From: Callorhinchus milii | Lineage: Eukaryota | Assembly (NCBI RefSeq): GCF_018977255.1 | Contig: NW_024704743.1 | Location: forward strand, 63,304,001-63,368,000 | DNA: 64,000 bases | Direction: 5' to 3' | In this document: in pieces, positions 49,348-61,212 of the stretch | Numbering within the stretch: position 1 is the first letter of the stretch | Layout of the letters: the number at the start of each line of letters is the position of its first letter | Notes under the pieces: generated by a model | The model's input: only the letters and a program-made list of their open reading frames with translations | Databases searched by the model: none | Told to the model about the DNA's origin: nothing | Program-made: the position numbers and the translations under genes

Positions 49348-49649
49348 CCTCAGCATACCCATCACCCCAATCCTCGCCGAGCTCCACTGACTCCCTGTCT
49401 CCCAGAGGGTCAAACTTCAAGATCCTTACCCTTATGTACATATCTGTTCACACGCAAACACCTCCCTACCTCTCTGATTTGCCCGTACCCCACTCATTTG
49501 CCAGGCCTCTTTGCTCATCTAATAAGAGGTAGAATCGAGTTAATCTCTGTGACGGTCTCCTGAGCCAGGTAGATCTACAGTACTCCAGGGCACTGCTGAT
49601 AACAGCCCTGCATAGCTCATCTGTAGGACTTGGAAGGATAGACCAATCA

Positions 49650-50065
49650 TTGGGAACAGGGATTCTTCCCACTCAGCTCCTGTTAACCACGCAAGCCAAA
49701 GCCCTAAAGCACAGTGTGGTCCTAGCGGGAAAGCTTGCCAGACAATGCTTTCAATCGCAAGCTATGCAGGTTAGCTGGTTAGACTCTAGCAGTTCCCCAA
49801 AGCACATTCTGGGGTCCTCAAGCTTGGTTCTCGCCAACCTGAGCCTAATACTTTCCAGAATTAGGGAAGCAGGTTGTATCCCTCTAGGGAGAGAGTTTGC
49901 ATTCTAATAAATATCTCAGGAATTTTCATTTGTAGGTGGGATGCATGGAGCTCTGTTTGGTTTGGACGCTTTAAGCATGGTGATGGGTTTCCACATGTGT
50001 CAGGCACCCAGCAGGCCCAAAAAAATCACAGTTCTGTGAAGCGCTTTGAGATGTCTCGATGATGT
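49650..50065 (+). mobile_element. Unassigned interspersed repeat with L2-type tail, copy B (may extend further 5')
   Basis: Homologous to 23608-24040. Ends gttctgtgaagcgctttgagatgtctcgatg. Confidence 0.7.
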
Positions 50066-50319
50066 TTACTCATTTGTTTATTTTTCTGCTCTGACGTCTT
50101 TGTATTATTTTTGTCTTTTAATCCATTTAATTCCATCAAATTCTCTCCTCATTACTAAATGTTCTTCCTTATTACCACCTTGTCTCTTTTGAGTGTGTTC
50201 ACATTATTTCTTGGCATTTTATTTTTCTACCTCTCCTGTCTCAACAACTCCCACAATCTCATTAACTCCACAACCTCTACATGTTAAGAATCAGTTTGAT
50301 CTTAACATGTGCAATACAA

Positions 50320-51030
50320 ATTTACATTTATATATAGCGCGTTCATGTTAGAAGGATGTCGTGGGGTTCTTGATAGTTCTGGTTTGGCACCCAAGCTGGG
50401 AGAGGAGCTGAGTGGGGTGGGGAGGGGAAAGATGAACCAAAAGCGCAGTCAAAGAGGAGGGTCTTGAAATGAACCTTGAAAGAGGGAGGGGAGGGACAGC
50501 ATGCGACTTGGAGGGACTTTGGGATGGACTTCCAGACAGTGAGGTCAGACAGACTGAAAGGATGAATGCAGACGGTGGACCGAGTAGGATGGGGGATATG
50601 AAGCGGCTAGTGTCCATTGAGCGAAGTGAGCAGCTGGTTTGGTAAAGCTTGAGAAGATCGCAGAGGTAGGGTGGGGTAACACTGTGGAGGAATTTAAAGA
50701 TGAGGACAAGGATCTTGAACTTGATATGCTGGAGGATGGGGATGATAGGCTCACAAAGCCTAGTTCAGGAAACGACACGGGCTGTAGCATTCTGGATAGT
50801 CTGCAGCTTGTGTAGAGAAGAGTCAGTTAGACTGGTGAGCAGAGCATTGGCATAGACGAACTTGTACATGATAAATGGATTAGGGTCTTGGCAAACCAAG
50901 GGGACAGGTAATGGTGGAGGTGAGCAACATTACGGAGGTAGGTAAAGCGGAGGGGATCAGAGCATAGATGTAGGGCTTAAAGGATAGTTGAGAGTATAAC
51001 AACGCACCAAGGTTCTGCACCGGTTCCGTG
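50320..51030 (-). mobile_element. L2 LINE 3' fragment
   Basis: ORF piece EPVQNLGALLYSQLSFKPYI. Tail acatttatatatagcg. Confidence 0.75.
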
Positions 51031-51359
51031 GAGTGTGCATCCACACAGGGTGATACTGTCAGAGCCTGAGGCAAGTAGGCACTGGCAAGAGCCAAACAAG
51101 AATAGTCTTCCAACGGGAATAAAACCACCCATGGATTATTATTAGGTAATAATCCATGCATTTGGGAATATACTCGTGCTGAGAATTTCTGTATATACAT
51201 CAATTTTTCTAAAAATGGTTCTAAAGCTTTAGTAGAAGCAAGACTGATAGAAGCAGTTGGAGGAAAAAGGAAGGGGAGTTCAGCTGAAAAAGATCAAAGG
51301 TTGAAGCTGAGAGAATGGACACCAAAGTGTCAACTAACAATTATAATAACAAGGTCCCA

Positions 51360-51545
51360 TAGATATAGAATCGTTTGGGATGCCTAAAAGGAAGATAGAT
51401 AAGATACTTGGGGAATAAAGATATTAAAGGATTTGGAAAGGTGGGGAAATGAGTTTGAAAGATCTCCCATGATGTAATAAAATGTTGAACAGACTCTAAC
51501 AGCAAAATGGCCTCATGTTCCTAGGTTACTACAATATGTTCCTAC
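51360..51545 (+). mobile_element. Degenerate CR1 3' end
   Basis: aggaagatagataagatacttggggaataaagatattaaagga..aaatggcctc..atgttccta. Confidence 0.55.
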
Positions 51546-52140
51546 GTCAATTATTTTCCCTTACTGAGGTTGAAGATATATGCACTAATGCAAAACAGAA
51601 ATCCTTTTAACCATAGTCTCAGAAGGATCGCTCCTTTCCCCCTCCTCCCCCTGCAATTTCCTATTTGTCACCCAAACACATGGCATTTCCTAGTATGATT
51701 GTCATTTGGAATTACATGTACAACAACAACTACTTGCATTTATATAGCATTCCTCACACAGGGTAGTGTCCCAGAGTGCATACTCTTTCCAGATTACTAA
51801 TTTATGTTGAAATTTCACTGATTCGTTTTTCTTAGAGTCATTAGAGGAGATTTCAGTCCAATACCAGAGATGAATGAATAGATTTCTAAACAATGCAGCA
51901 CCAGGGTCTTGACTCCTGGGGTTCAATTAGGGAGTGACTTCTCTCTGCAGTATTATCATCACTGATTTTGTGTTCATTAGAGTAGTTTGTGGTTCAGACA
52001 CATGATTAGGCGCTTTAATCTGTTTCTCGTTTGTAGGCTATTGATATTTGAAATAGAATTAGAATTAATCATTATAAACTGTCATGAATGATTAGAAGAG
52101 AATCCATTGAAAATGTTCTAGATTGGTCATATTTACTATA

Positions 52141-54157
52141 CAACAACATCAACAAAACTACATTTGTAAAGCACCTTTCATGTCAGGATGACGTGCCAAG
52201 GTGCCGAGCAGTTGGGGATCAGGAGCCGAGCGTTGGGGGGCAGGGTTGGGAATAAGGAGGGCAGGGAGGTAGGAGGTTGGCTGAAGGCACTTTCGAAAAG
52301 GAGGGTCTTGAGTCATGCCTTGAAGGAGGTAAGGGAGGGAGGGAACAGACAGGTTGATAGGGGGTCAGAGAGGTAGGAGGAGGCAAGGCAGTGGAGGGCC
52401 TTGAAAGTGAGGACGAGGTTTTTGAATTCTATCCTCTAGGGATGGGGAGCCAGTGGAGCCGAGTGAGGGAGGCCCTGATTGGGTCGTGGAGCCTGGTGCG
52501 GGAGAAGACACAAGCTGCAGAGTTCTGGATGATCTGCAGCTTGTGGAGGGAAGAGTTGGGGAGGTCGACAAGGAGGAAGTTTCTGTAGTTAAGCCTTGAG
52601 GTGATGAATGCACGTTTGAGGGTTTCGGCGGCCTGAGGGGTGAGGCAGTAGCGGAGTCAGGCAATGTTGCGGAGGTGGGGGAAGGCAGAGTGGGTCACGG
52701 CACGGATATGCGAAAGAAAGGACAGTTGAGAGTTGAACAAGATGCCCAGATTCCTGACTGGCTTGGTGAGGTGAAGCGTGTATCCAGGGATGCTGATGCT
52801 GCCAATACCTGAGGAGCGGAGGTGCTGGCGCACCTCGGTCTTGCTGACATTCAGCTGTACAAAGTTGGCTCTCATCAAGGACTTGATGTCTGACAGGCAG
52901 TCTGTCAGGACGTTAGTTGTCCTGGAATCGAAGGTGGAGGCAGAGGGATAGAGTTGGGTGTCATCTGCGTACATGTCGACGTTGACCCCATGTCTGTGGA
53001 TGATGGGGACCGAGGATAGAGCCCTGAGGAACACCATACAAGACTGTGCGGGGGCTGTAAGAGAAACCATTGGTGGAGACAAATTGGAGACGGTGTGAGA
53101 GATAAGACTTGAACCATTCAAGGACAGAACCTTGAAGGTTGAAGTGAGAGGAGAGGCAGTGGATGAGGATGGAGTGGTCCACGGTATCAAAGGCAGCGGA
53201 GAGAACGAGGGAACAGAGGGAGCCCTGGTCACAGATGGATAGGAAACTGTTTGTGACCTTGACCAGAGCAGTTTCCGTGCTGTAAGCAGCACGGAAACCC
53301 AATTGGAGAGGCTCCTGAAGGGAGTAGTAAGAGACGAAGGGGCGAAGCTTGGAAATAAAGACTCGTTCAAGGACCTTGGAAAGAAAAGGGAGGTTGGAGA
53401 TGGGCCGGTAGTTAGAAAGCAAAGGATGGCGGTGATTATAGTTCTTTTTGGGGATGAGAATGGTGCCAGATGATAGGGAGAGATTTATGGTGTCGGAGAG
53501 TAGAGGGACGAGGAGGTGGAGCTGAGAGGTAAGGAGAGGGGTGGGGATGGGGTCAAGGGAACAGGTGGGGTGTTTCATGTTGGATATGGTGGTGATGAAA
53601 GAGGAGGGGGAGACAGGTTTGAAAATGTGGAGGGAGGGATGGGTAGGGTTCGGAGTGTGGGGGGGAGATGGGGAGGGAATGGCAGTTGGGAGGGCGGAGG
53701 CAGCTGAACGGATCCCCTCAATTTTTGGACTCAAGGAAATCCAGCATCTCCTCACAGTCAGAGCTTGAGTAGAGAATGGGCGAGGCCTGGGAGGGTCGAC
53801 AGAGGAGCTGGTTGGTGGTGGAGAATAGGAGCCTGGGGTTATTCTTCGTTTCCAAGATTATCTTAGAGTAGAAGGACAATTTGGCAGAGGCGAGGGCGGA
53901 GTGGTACGTTTTGATGTGATCCAGTCGGTGGACCGATCAGATTTGAGCCTGGTGCGTTCGGCAGCCGGCACCTAACCCTTGAGGAAGCGGAGGTGGTTGG
54001 TGTACCAGGGAGAGATTCGTGAGTAGGAGGCGGTTCGGGAAGTGAGTGGGGCAAGGGCATCAAGAGTGGTGGAGAAGGAGTTGTGTAGGAGAGTGAGTGA
54101 GGAGGATAAATCAGTGCGTGAGGTAGGCCAGAGGGAGAGGAGTTCAAAGGGGGAGGA
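52141..54157 (-). mobile_element. L2 LINE, ~2-kb 5'-truncated copy with frameshifted RT
   Basis: LDPIPT, NYRPISNLPFLSKVLER, STETALVKVT, SAAFDTVDH, GVPQGSILGP and YADDTQLY are spread over several frames. (TTG)n tail. Confidence 0.95.
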
Positions 54158-54417
54158 ATTCTCTTTTGGTATATTACTAAAATATAAATAAAATATAGAT
54201 AAATAATATATCTGGTATACTACCAAAAGAGAGAATTTGGGCTTCCCCCTTTGAAACAAATGAAAATTCGTACAAAAATGCAATAACCTTTATAACTGTC
54301 AAAGTATTCTGCAAAAAGCTATTGCATATGTTCACAAGTTTATCTTCGAATGCAACATCAACTTGCATTTATATAGCGCCTTTCACGTGGGGTAGCATAC
54401 ACCAGTATTCTTATGAA

Positions 54418-55301
54418 TACTGTCAGACATCAAGTCCTGGATGAGAGCTAATTTTCTTCAGTTGAATGTCAACAAGACCGCGGCTCTCCTGATTGGATCC
54501 CGTCAGCACCTCCTCACCTCAGGCGCTGACAGCCTCACCATCCATGGTTGCACACTCCACCTCACTAAACCAGTCCAGAACCTTGGCATCTTGTTTGACC
54601 CTCAACTATCCTTTCTACCCCACATCTATGCCATGACCCGCTCTGCCTTCCCCACCTCTGCAACATCGCCCGACTCCGCCACTGTTTCACACTGCAGGCC
54701 ATCAAAACCCTCATACACGCTTTCATTACGTCGAGGCTCGACTATGCAAACTCCTTGCTTGTTAGCCTCCCCCAAGTCTTCCCTCCATAGGCTGCAGATC
54801 ATCCAGAACTCTGCAGCCCATGTCCTCTCCTGCACCAGGCCATCACCCCCATCCTCGCCTGACTCCCCTGGCTTCCCATCACACAGAGGATACAGTTCAA
54901 GATCCTGGTCCTCACCTTCAAAGTTCTCTATGCTCCCCCCTATCTCTGCGACCTCCTAACCCCTTACCATCCTGCTCGCTTCCTCCGCTCATCGGACTCC
55001 AGCCTGCTTCACATCCCCCGACTTGCTCACCTCACTATTGGCAGGCGGCTCTTCTGCCACTCTACCCCCACCTTCTGGAACTCCATCCCGCAGACCCTCC
55101 GCCTCGCCCCCTCCCTTATCTCCTTCGAGACCCATCTCAAGCCCCTCCTCTTCGACAGTGCTTTCGATCACCCTGCTTCCCCCACTGCCCTCCGCCCTCT
55201 CCAATCCCGACCCCCAGCTCGGGTCCAAAACTCTGACTGTCCTGCGCCTTGAGACGTCCTCCTGACGTGAAAGGCATTATACAAATGTAATTATGTTGTT
55301 G
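54418..55301 (+). mobile_element. L2 LINE 3' fragment, same family, opposite orientation
   Basis: MRANFLQLNVNKT, NLGILFDPQLSF and LQIIQNSAA. Tail gagacgtcctcctgacgtgaaaggc..tgttgttg. Confidence 0.93.
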
Positions 55302-55501
55302 AATACAATCATTTTTTGAATTGAAATGGTAACTGCATCACAGTGCATGACCGGTCAGGACCATTCTATCCACTAAGGCATTTGACTTTGCAGAGTTAGG
55401 CACAGTCTATACCTCCAAGCCAGACTGTGTGGTTTCCATCAGCAGCATCTTATCACAGTGGTTTTACATTGTGAAATAGAAATATTTATATATCCCATCC
55501 T

Positions 55502-56212
55502 TAATAATAATGTTTACATTTGATATAGCACCTTTCATGTTGGGAGTACATCTTAAAGGGAGTTGCAGGATTTTCTCTAAAGTATCATGACTGTGTATTT
55601 TATAGGTGAACATGGCAGCCAATTTGTCCACACCAGCGTGCCATAAAACAACATAAATTGAATGACGAATTTTGATTGGAATATTGTTGACTAAGACAGG
55701 GGATTCCATACTTTTTGGGCTCAAGGCCCACTAGGTTTAGATATCATGGCCTCAAGAGCAGAGCAGCGAAGCCTCCCTTCCTCTCCACAGCCTCCACAAA
55801 ATGCTGCCCTTAAATACTTTGCAGTGGAACCATGGGAACGTGTCTTTCAATTCCTCAGGCTGCGCGGGAGTCCAACAACAACAACAACAAGATTACTTTT
55901 GTATAGCAAATAAGGCTTATGTAGCTTTTAGACTTCCGGTAAGACTCCCAGCTCCGTGGCTCCCCTGAAACAATCTCACAGTCTCTTGTGGACCCAGTTT
56001 GGGAATCTGTGGACTAAGACACCAATATAAACACCCTTCTCTTTTCAAATAGTGTCATGGGATCTTTACATACACCTAAAGATCAAGAATGAACTGTTTA
56101 ATGTCTCATCTGAAGGACAATACCTTCAACAACGCAGCCTATCATAGTGTGCAATAGAGTGTCACCCCAGATTATATGAATTCAAAGTCCCAGGGCTTGA
56201 ACTCACAACCCC
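55502..56212 (-). mobile_element. Deu-domain SINE interrupted by a ~300-bp insert (possibly a hAT remnant)
   Basis: Tail at 55502-55700. The core and head resume at ~56020. Confidence 0.6.
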
Positions 56213-56786
56213 GACGTGACCGCCTACATTACTGCAAATTCACAACTTGATGGCATGGGTAAGGTAGAGACTGAGCCCTAGCTAAAATGGGTCAACTAGA
56301 CATTTTTCACTCTACTCAGATGCAGTTTATTAATATAAATTTAAACAGTATCTCTAATTTGATATTCAATTTTATACCTGGATTAATTTATGAAAGGTTG
56401 GGAGATGTAATGATTTTTGCTATCTATGTTATTATTTTGCAAAGTAACGCTACATAATGTTCATATTCAAGCATTTGGGATGTAACAAATAATTAAAGGG
56501 GAGGTTAGAAAAAAAACGTTACCAAGAGTGTTTTTGGGGGCTGGAATGTATAGTTGAGCCAAAGTGTATAAATTATTTTAAAATACTGTAAATGTTTGAA
56601 GAATAATATTAGATGGATTGGAAGAGAATAGTGGTGCTTTTCTCATGTGTAGAAAAACACCAGCGGCAAAGTTAATGGACCAAATAGCTTACTTCTATGT
56701 CATAACTTTGAATGATTCTATAAAACTAAATTAAAGTATGTTTACAATGTAACAAAATGCTATTCATTGATATTTCATTTTTGTAG

Positions 56787-56897
56787 ATTGGAGTATTAGA
56801 TACCATTGGTGAAAGTAAAACTTTGGCGACAGATTCCAGCCCAGGCCATGGAGAGCCAGCTGCAAAACCTCCGGTATTTAAGGACCCAAACTTTATT
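56787..56897 (+). CDS. INO80C: INO80C coding exon 2
   Basis: tttcatttttgtag|ATT...TTT ATT|gtaagt. The 111 nt translate IGVLDTIGESKTLATDSSPGHGEPAAKPPVFKDPNFI, matching the AAKP.PFKDPNF motif of INO80C. Phase 0/0. Confidence 0.94.
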
Positions 56898-57159
56898 GTA
56901 AGTACTTAAATTTCGTGTAAATTTATGAACATTAATCCACTGTTGATTTTCTTCCATCCATCAAAAATACATGTTCTAAAATACTGTTAAAAATACTATT
57001 CTGGAATATATTCCATAGTTAGTAAGAGAGTTTCAATATTAAGCAGAATTAGACAAATTAATAGAAATATTACTTTGTTTAAAGAAGTTGGGTATACAGT
57101 AAAATGTTACTCTTTTTGTAGCAACTTAAATAAATGTCTCCTCTAATTTACTTATAAGA

Positions 57160-58045
57160 ATACTCCTTACATTTTGATCCAGTGTCTTTCATGTCAGGAA
57201 GACATCTCAAATTGCATTAGGGGATTTACGTTAGTGTGTGTAAAGTGACTGTACTTTGTCAGTGAATGCAGGCAGCTAATTTATATAAGCAATGTCCTAC
57301 AAAGCTGCTGAAATGAGTAGCCAGGACACCAGGAAAAAACAACCCAAGGCCAAAGACCAACTTATGGTCTAGGCTGATATTTCAGTGTTGAGGGTGTACT
57401 GTATTGTTGAAGATGCCACCCTTTAAATGAGACATTAAATCAAAGTCCCATCTGCCTGGTTGAGTTGACATTAAAGATTCCCACAGTAGTATTTAGAAAG
57501 AGAAGGAAGTTTCTCCTGACATCCTGGCCAACAGTCCCCCAGGTGAAGGTGGTAATTCACTTCATGGTTGTTTGTGGGACATTACTGTGTGAAAATTGGC
57601 TTCTGCAATGTCCACAAGGTACACAGTTATTCCAATTTACAGGGTTTCCTGTGAAGCAATTTGGTAATTCCTCAAATGTAAGGTTAGTATATTATTTGGG
57701 GAAATTGTTGGCTGAGACACCAGAGAACCCTCTTCTCTTTTCAAATAAAATAAAGGTCACTCAATCCATGACTGTGGTATACTGCTGTGCACAATTGGCT
57801 GCCAAGTTTCACCCACAAAATATACAGTCAATTCACTTTACAGTATTTTCTGTGAAGCGCTTTGAGACATCTCGAAGACGTGATAATACACTATATCAAA
57901 TGCAAGTATTATTATAAATCGTGTTATGGGATCTATCTGCCTGAACAGGAAGATGGGAGCTCAGATTAACATCCCATCTGAAGGGAGCACCTCCAACAAT
58001 TTGGTGCTTCATCAGCACTGTATTACAGTGTCAACCTAGACTGTG
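57160..58045. mobile_element. Nested SINE cluster (minus Deu-SINE pieces, plus Deu-SINE ~57365-57690, plus young SINE 3' half ~57755-57916)
   Basis: Recognisable segments in alternating orientation. Confidence 0.7.
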
Positions 58046-58596
58046 AGGTCAGAGTGCCAATCCAAAACATGGATGTGTCCGTAAGTTTCTTTATTATCAA
58101 CGCAAGCACTCCGATCCACTAACTATAACCAAACCAATTTGTCCCCTTCCAGTGGCTTTCTGTACTCCCTGTCCTTATCTCATTAGCTCTCTCTTAATTG
58201 CCTTTACTTCTTAAAGGGATATCCTCCACCAATGTAGAACTGGAACCCTCAACTTTCTGACTGAACCAGGCGGACACCTGTTTTGCCAATGATAACTCAA
58301 ATTTAGCATGGTAATATTCGTGTTTCATACTTCTCTCTGTATGCTGCAAATCCAATTCAACTAGGTTTGTTTGGTTCTGTGAATCACTAGCAAGTTACTA
58401 ATATTGTGAGTTATCCCGCTCTGTCAATCTATGATGAAAATTTGACGCTTAATTTGTGAAAAAATTGTTTTAAGATTTATGGAGCTGCCCAGAGTCGTGT
58501 GAGAACCAATAACTCTTGCCGTGAAACGAATGCCACACTAAGTAATTTCTCATTTCACCCACAAGTACTTTTTTTAGATTTTTTTTCCTCTCACCA

Positions 58597-58882
58597 GTTT
58601 TCTCTCCTCCGATTTGAAGGCATTTGTCTAGTTTTTCTCCTTCCTGGGGTAATCTAGTACCTCACCAAATAGCCATTATTCTCCCCACTCTGCGTCAAAC
58701 TATTCTGTTGTTCAGTACTTTGAGACTGGACACTGACAGGCTATTGAACTGCAAGGAGCATTGCAGACAAACTCTAAATCTTACCTGACATCCAGATACA
58801 TGAACATTCAGCATAAGCAGGACCCCTGGCTTTTCCATTTGCAGAAGCCCTTTGTGTCAAACCAGCTGAGATCAGCTAACTA
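58597..58882 (-). mobile_element. Ancient tRNA-derived SINE (AmnSINE2-like; family name uncertain)
   Basis: Minus strand reads agttagctgatctcagc..agccaggggtcctgct..aatagcctg..aatggctatttggtgaggtac..gccttc, resembling a recalled ancient vertebrate SINE consensus. A related head fragment lies at ~28546-28620. Confidence 0.55.
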
Positions 58883-59911
58883 CAATAACAACAACATCAA
58901 AATTACATTTGTATAGCGCCTTTCACGTCGGGAGGACATCCCAAAAACTAAGAACAAACTGGGGTTCAAACTTGGGACTTTATGGATCTAAATGGAATAA
59001 ATTAATTGAGTCATTGGAAAGATTTATCTTTCCAATAATTTATCTTTATGATTTAATGATTTATCTTTCCAATAAGATAAACTTAGCTTTCATTTAACAC
59101 TTTTCCCTAAAGAGTTAACAAAGGTTGTGACCTTGTCTGTCTCAGGAATAACAACTTGCAATTATGCAACGGCAGATGGTGTCAGATACTGAGCAGATGC
59201 CATTTGGAGGTGAGGGAATGATGACAGGTACACTTAGGGTACATTTAACAAGGTCATAATTTAGGTAGTTTTTTGAAGATAGTGAGAGAGTGGAGGAGAT
59301 GGTTGGATGGGTGAGGAAGTTCCAATGTTTGAGGTGTAGTCAGATAAAAGCTGAGTAGCCAAACTGGCCACCTAACTGGTCATCAGGTTGCCGCCATTGT
59401 GGTGCACACGTGGTGGTGGCAGAGGCAACCTGATGGTCAGGGCCAATAGAAAATTGCTGAAATTCTGACTGTCCAGTGCCTTGGAATGTCCTCCCGACCT
59501 GAAAGGCGCTATACAAATGTAATTTTGTTGTTGAGATACTTGCCAAAAATTGTGAGAAAATTTAACAAATTTTGTGGACAATTGCAGGGAGTTAATTGAT
59601 TGGTGCTAATCTAAATGTTTTCACTTTATTGAATGAAAACTAAACATGAAAAAACAACACATAATGGATTGTTGCAAAAAAAATTAATGCTTTCTTTAAC
59701 AAAAAGAACTGGGTGGCCCATTTGGGGCGGGGGTTGTGGATGACACAAGCGCAGGCTTGAAGGACCGAATGGTCTGTTTCCATCCCGCTTTACATTTGAA
59801 GGCCTGGAGATCTGCCAAACACCAGCATTGCTCACCAAGCTCACCAGTGTCCTGACTGTGGAGGTCACCACCTCCTGCCTCTTGGGATCTGCTACCGCAC
59901 ACAGATATAGA

Positions 59912-60050
59912 AAGACACACACTCACTCACAGACACAGAGAGAGTCACTCACAAATACGTAATAAAGCACATACAGAGGAGAAAGATGCACAGACACACT
60001 CACACAGAGAGAGACACACACACTCACAAACACACAGACAGAAGAGAGAT
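59912..60050. repeat. (CA/GA)-rich low-complexity tract
   Basis: Direct reading. Confidence 0.8.
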
Positions 60051-61044
60051 AAATGCTTTAGGACAAATGCTGGATTGGAATCTTGCTTATTATACCAGAA
60101 ATTGTGCATGTACTATTAATGTTAATCTTTTGCTCATATGAAAACTTGTTTGGAAGCTTTCCAATTCAATTGAAAATTTACATTTTAGGAATACTCCAGA
60201 TTGGAGATTCAGTTTTAACTTAAGCATTACAAGTAATTAATTTTGGCAATTGAATGCATTTGTTTCTCTTTACCACCAAAATAAATGCTTTTGCGAGAAC
60301 TGGATAAATTGTGTTTTTAGTGCAGTAGTTTTCATAATGTAGCCTGGCAGTCTCTTTCAGCCTACAACCCCCTCAGCTGTGTGTCTCAGCATGCAATAAA
60401 TACTGCTTCATGAATATCTGGGTCTGCATTCATAATGTAAAACACAGCAAGTCTTAACTCATAACAGTTACAATAAGATCTCTGATTATTAATAATAAGA
60501 CATCATCATTCTTGTACTGCAATATGTTACATTCTTTTCCTGTAAAGCTAAAGAGCATTCTAATGAATTGTCAATAATTTCTAAATGTAAGGGAGGTATA
60601 TACGAACACTTACTGGTGCAGCTCCGTCATGATGTGTTGCTAATTCTAATCCTCCAGACGCAGAGGCAGCTGGAAGTAGATATTTTGTCTCGTGTTTTTC
60701 TCGTTCACATCATAAATGGGAAGTTCTGCCCTCAGTGCTCTATTTCCATTCATGATGTCACTGGAGCAGAATTTTATATTGAATCAGGTGGATATCTACC
60801 GTTTCCTCCCAGACGGCCTCCTACCAGCAATTTTAAATATAAAACGTGGTGCAGGTCTCTTTCAAACCTGCCACAATTAAAAAAAAACACTGGACCCCTG
60901 CAAACTCTCTGGTTATCGCCCCATCTCAAACCTGCCTTTTATGCCCAAGGTGCTAGAACAAGGCTCCCTGTGTCTTGTTCTCCTTGTTCTTTCAGTCTTG
61001 TTTGATACTGTTGACCTTCCCTACCAAGTAAGAGAATGTCCTAC

Positions 61045-61212
61045 ATTATGGATTTCAAGAGGGAAATAGACTGGTATCTAAAGGATAGAGGCTTGAAGAG
61101 ATATGGGGATAAGGCATGGCAGTATGATTGAACATACTCCTTGCTCTGAGAGCCACTGTAGACACAATGGGCTGAATGGCCTCCTCCTGTGTTGTAAATT
61201 TCTATGATTCTA
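61045..61212 (+). mobile_element. CR1 3' end
   Basis: atttcaagagggaaatagac..gggctgaatggcctcctcctgtgttgtaaatttctatgattcta. Confidence 0.8.

Noticed and set aside
52657..54959. RT-like ORFs of 172-264 aa as an active element
   Set aside because: These are frameshifted, 5'-truncated L2 copies lacking an endonuclease domain.
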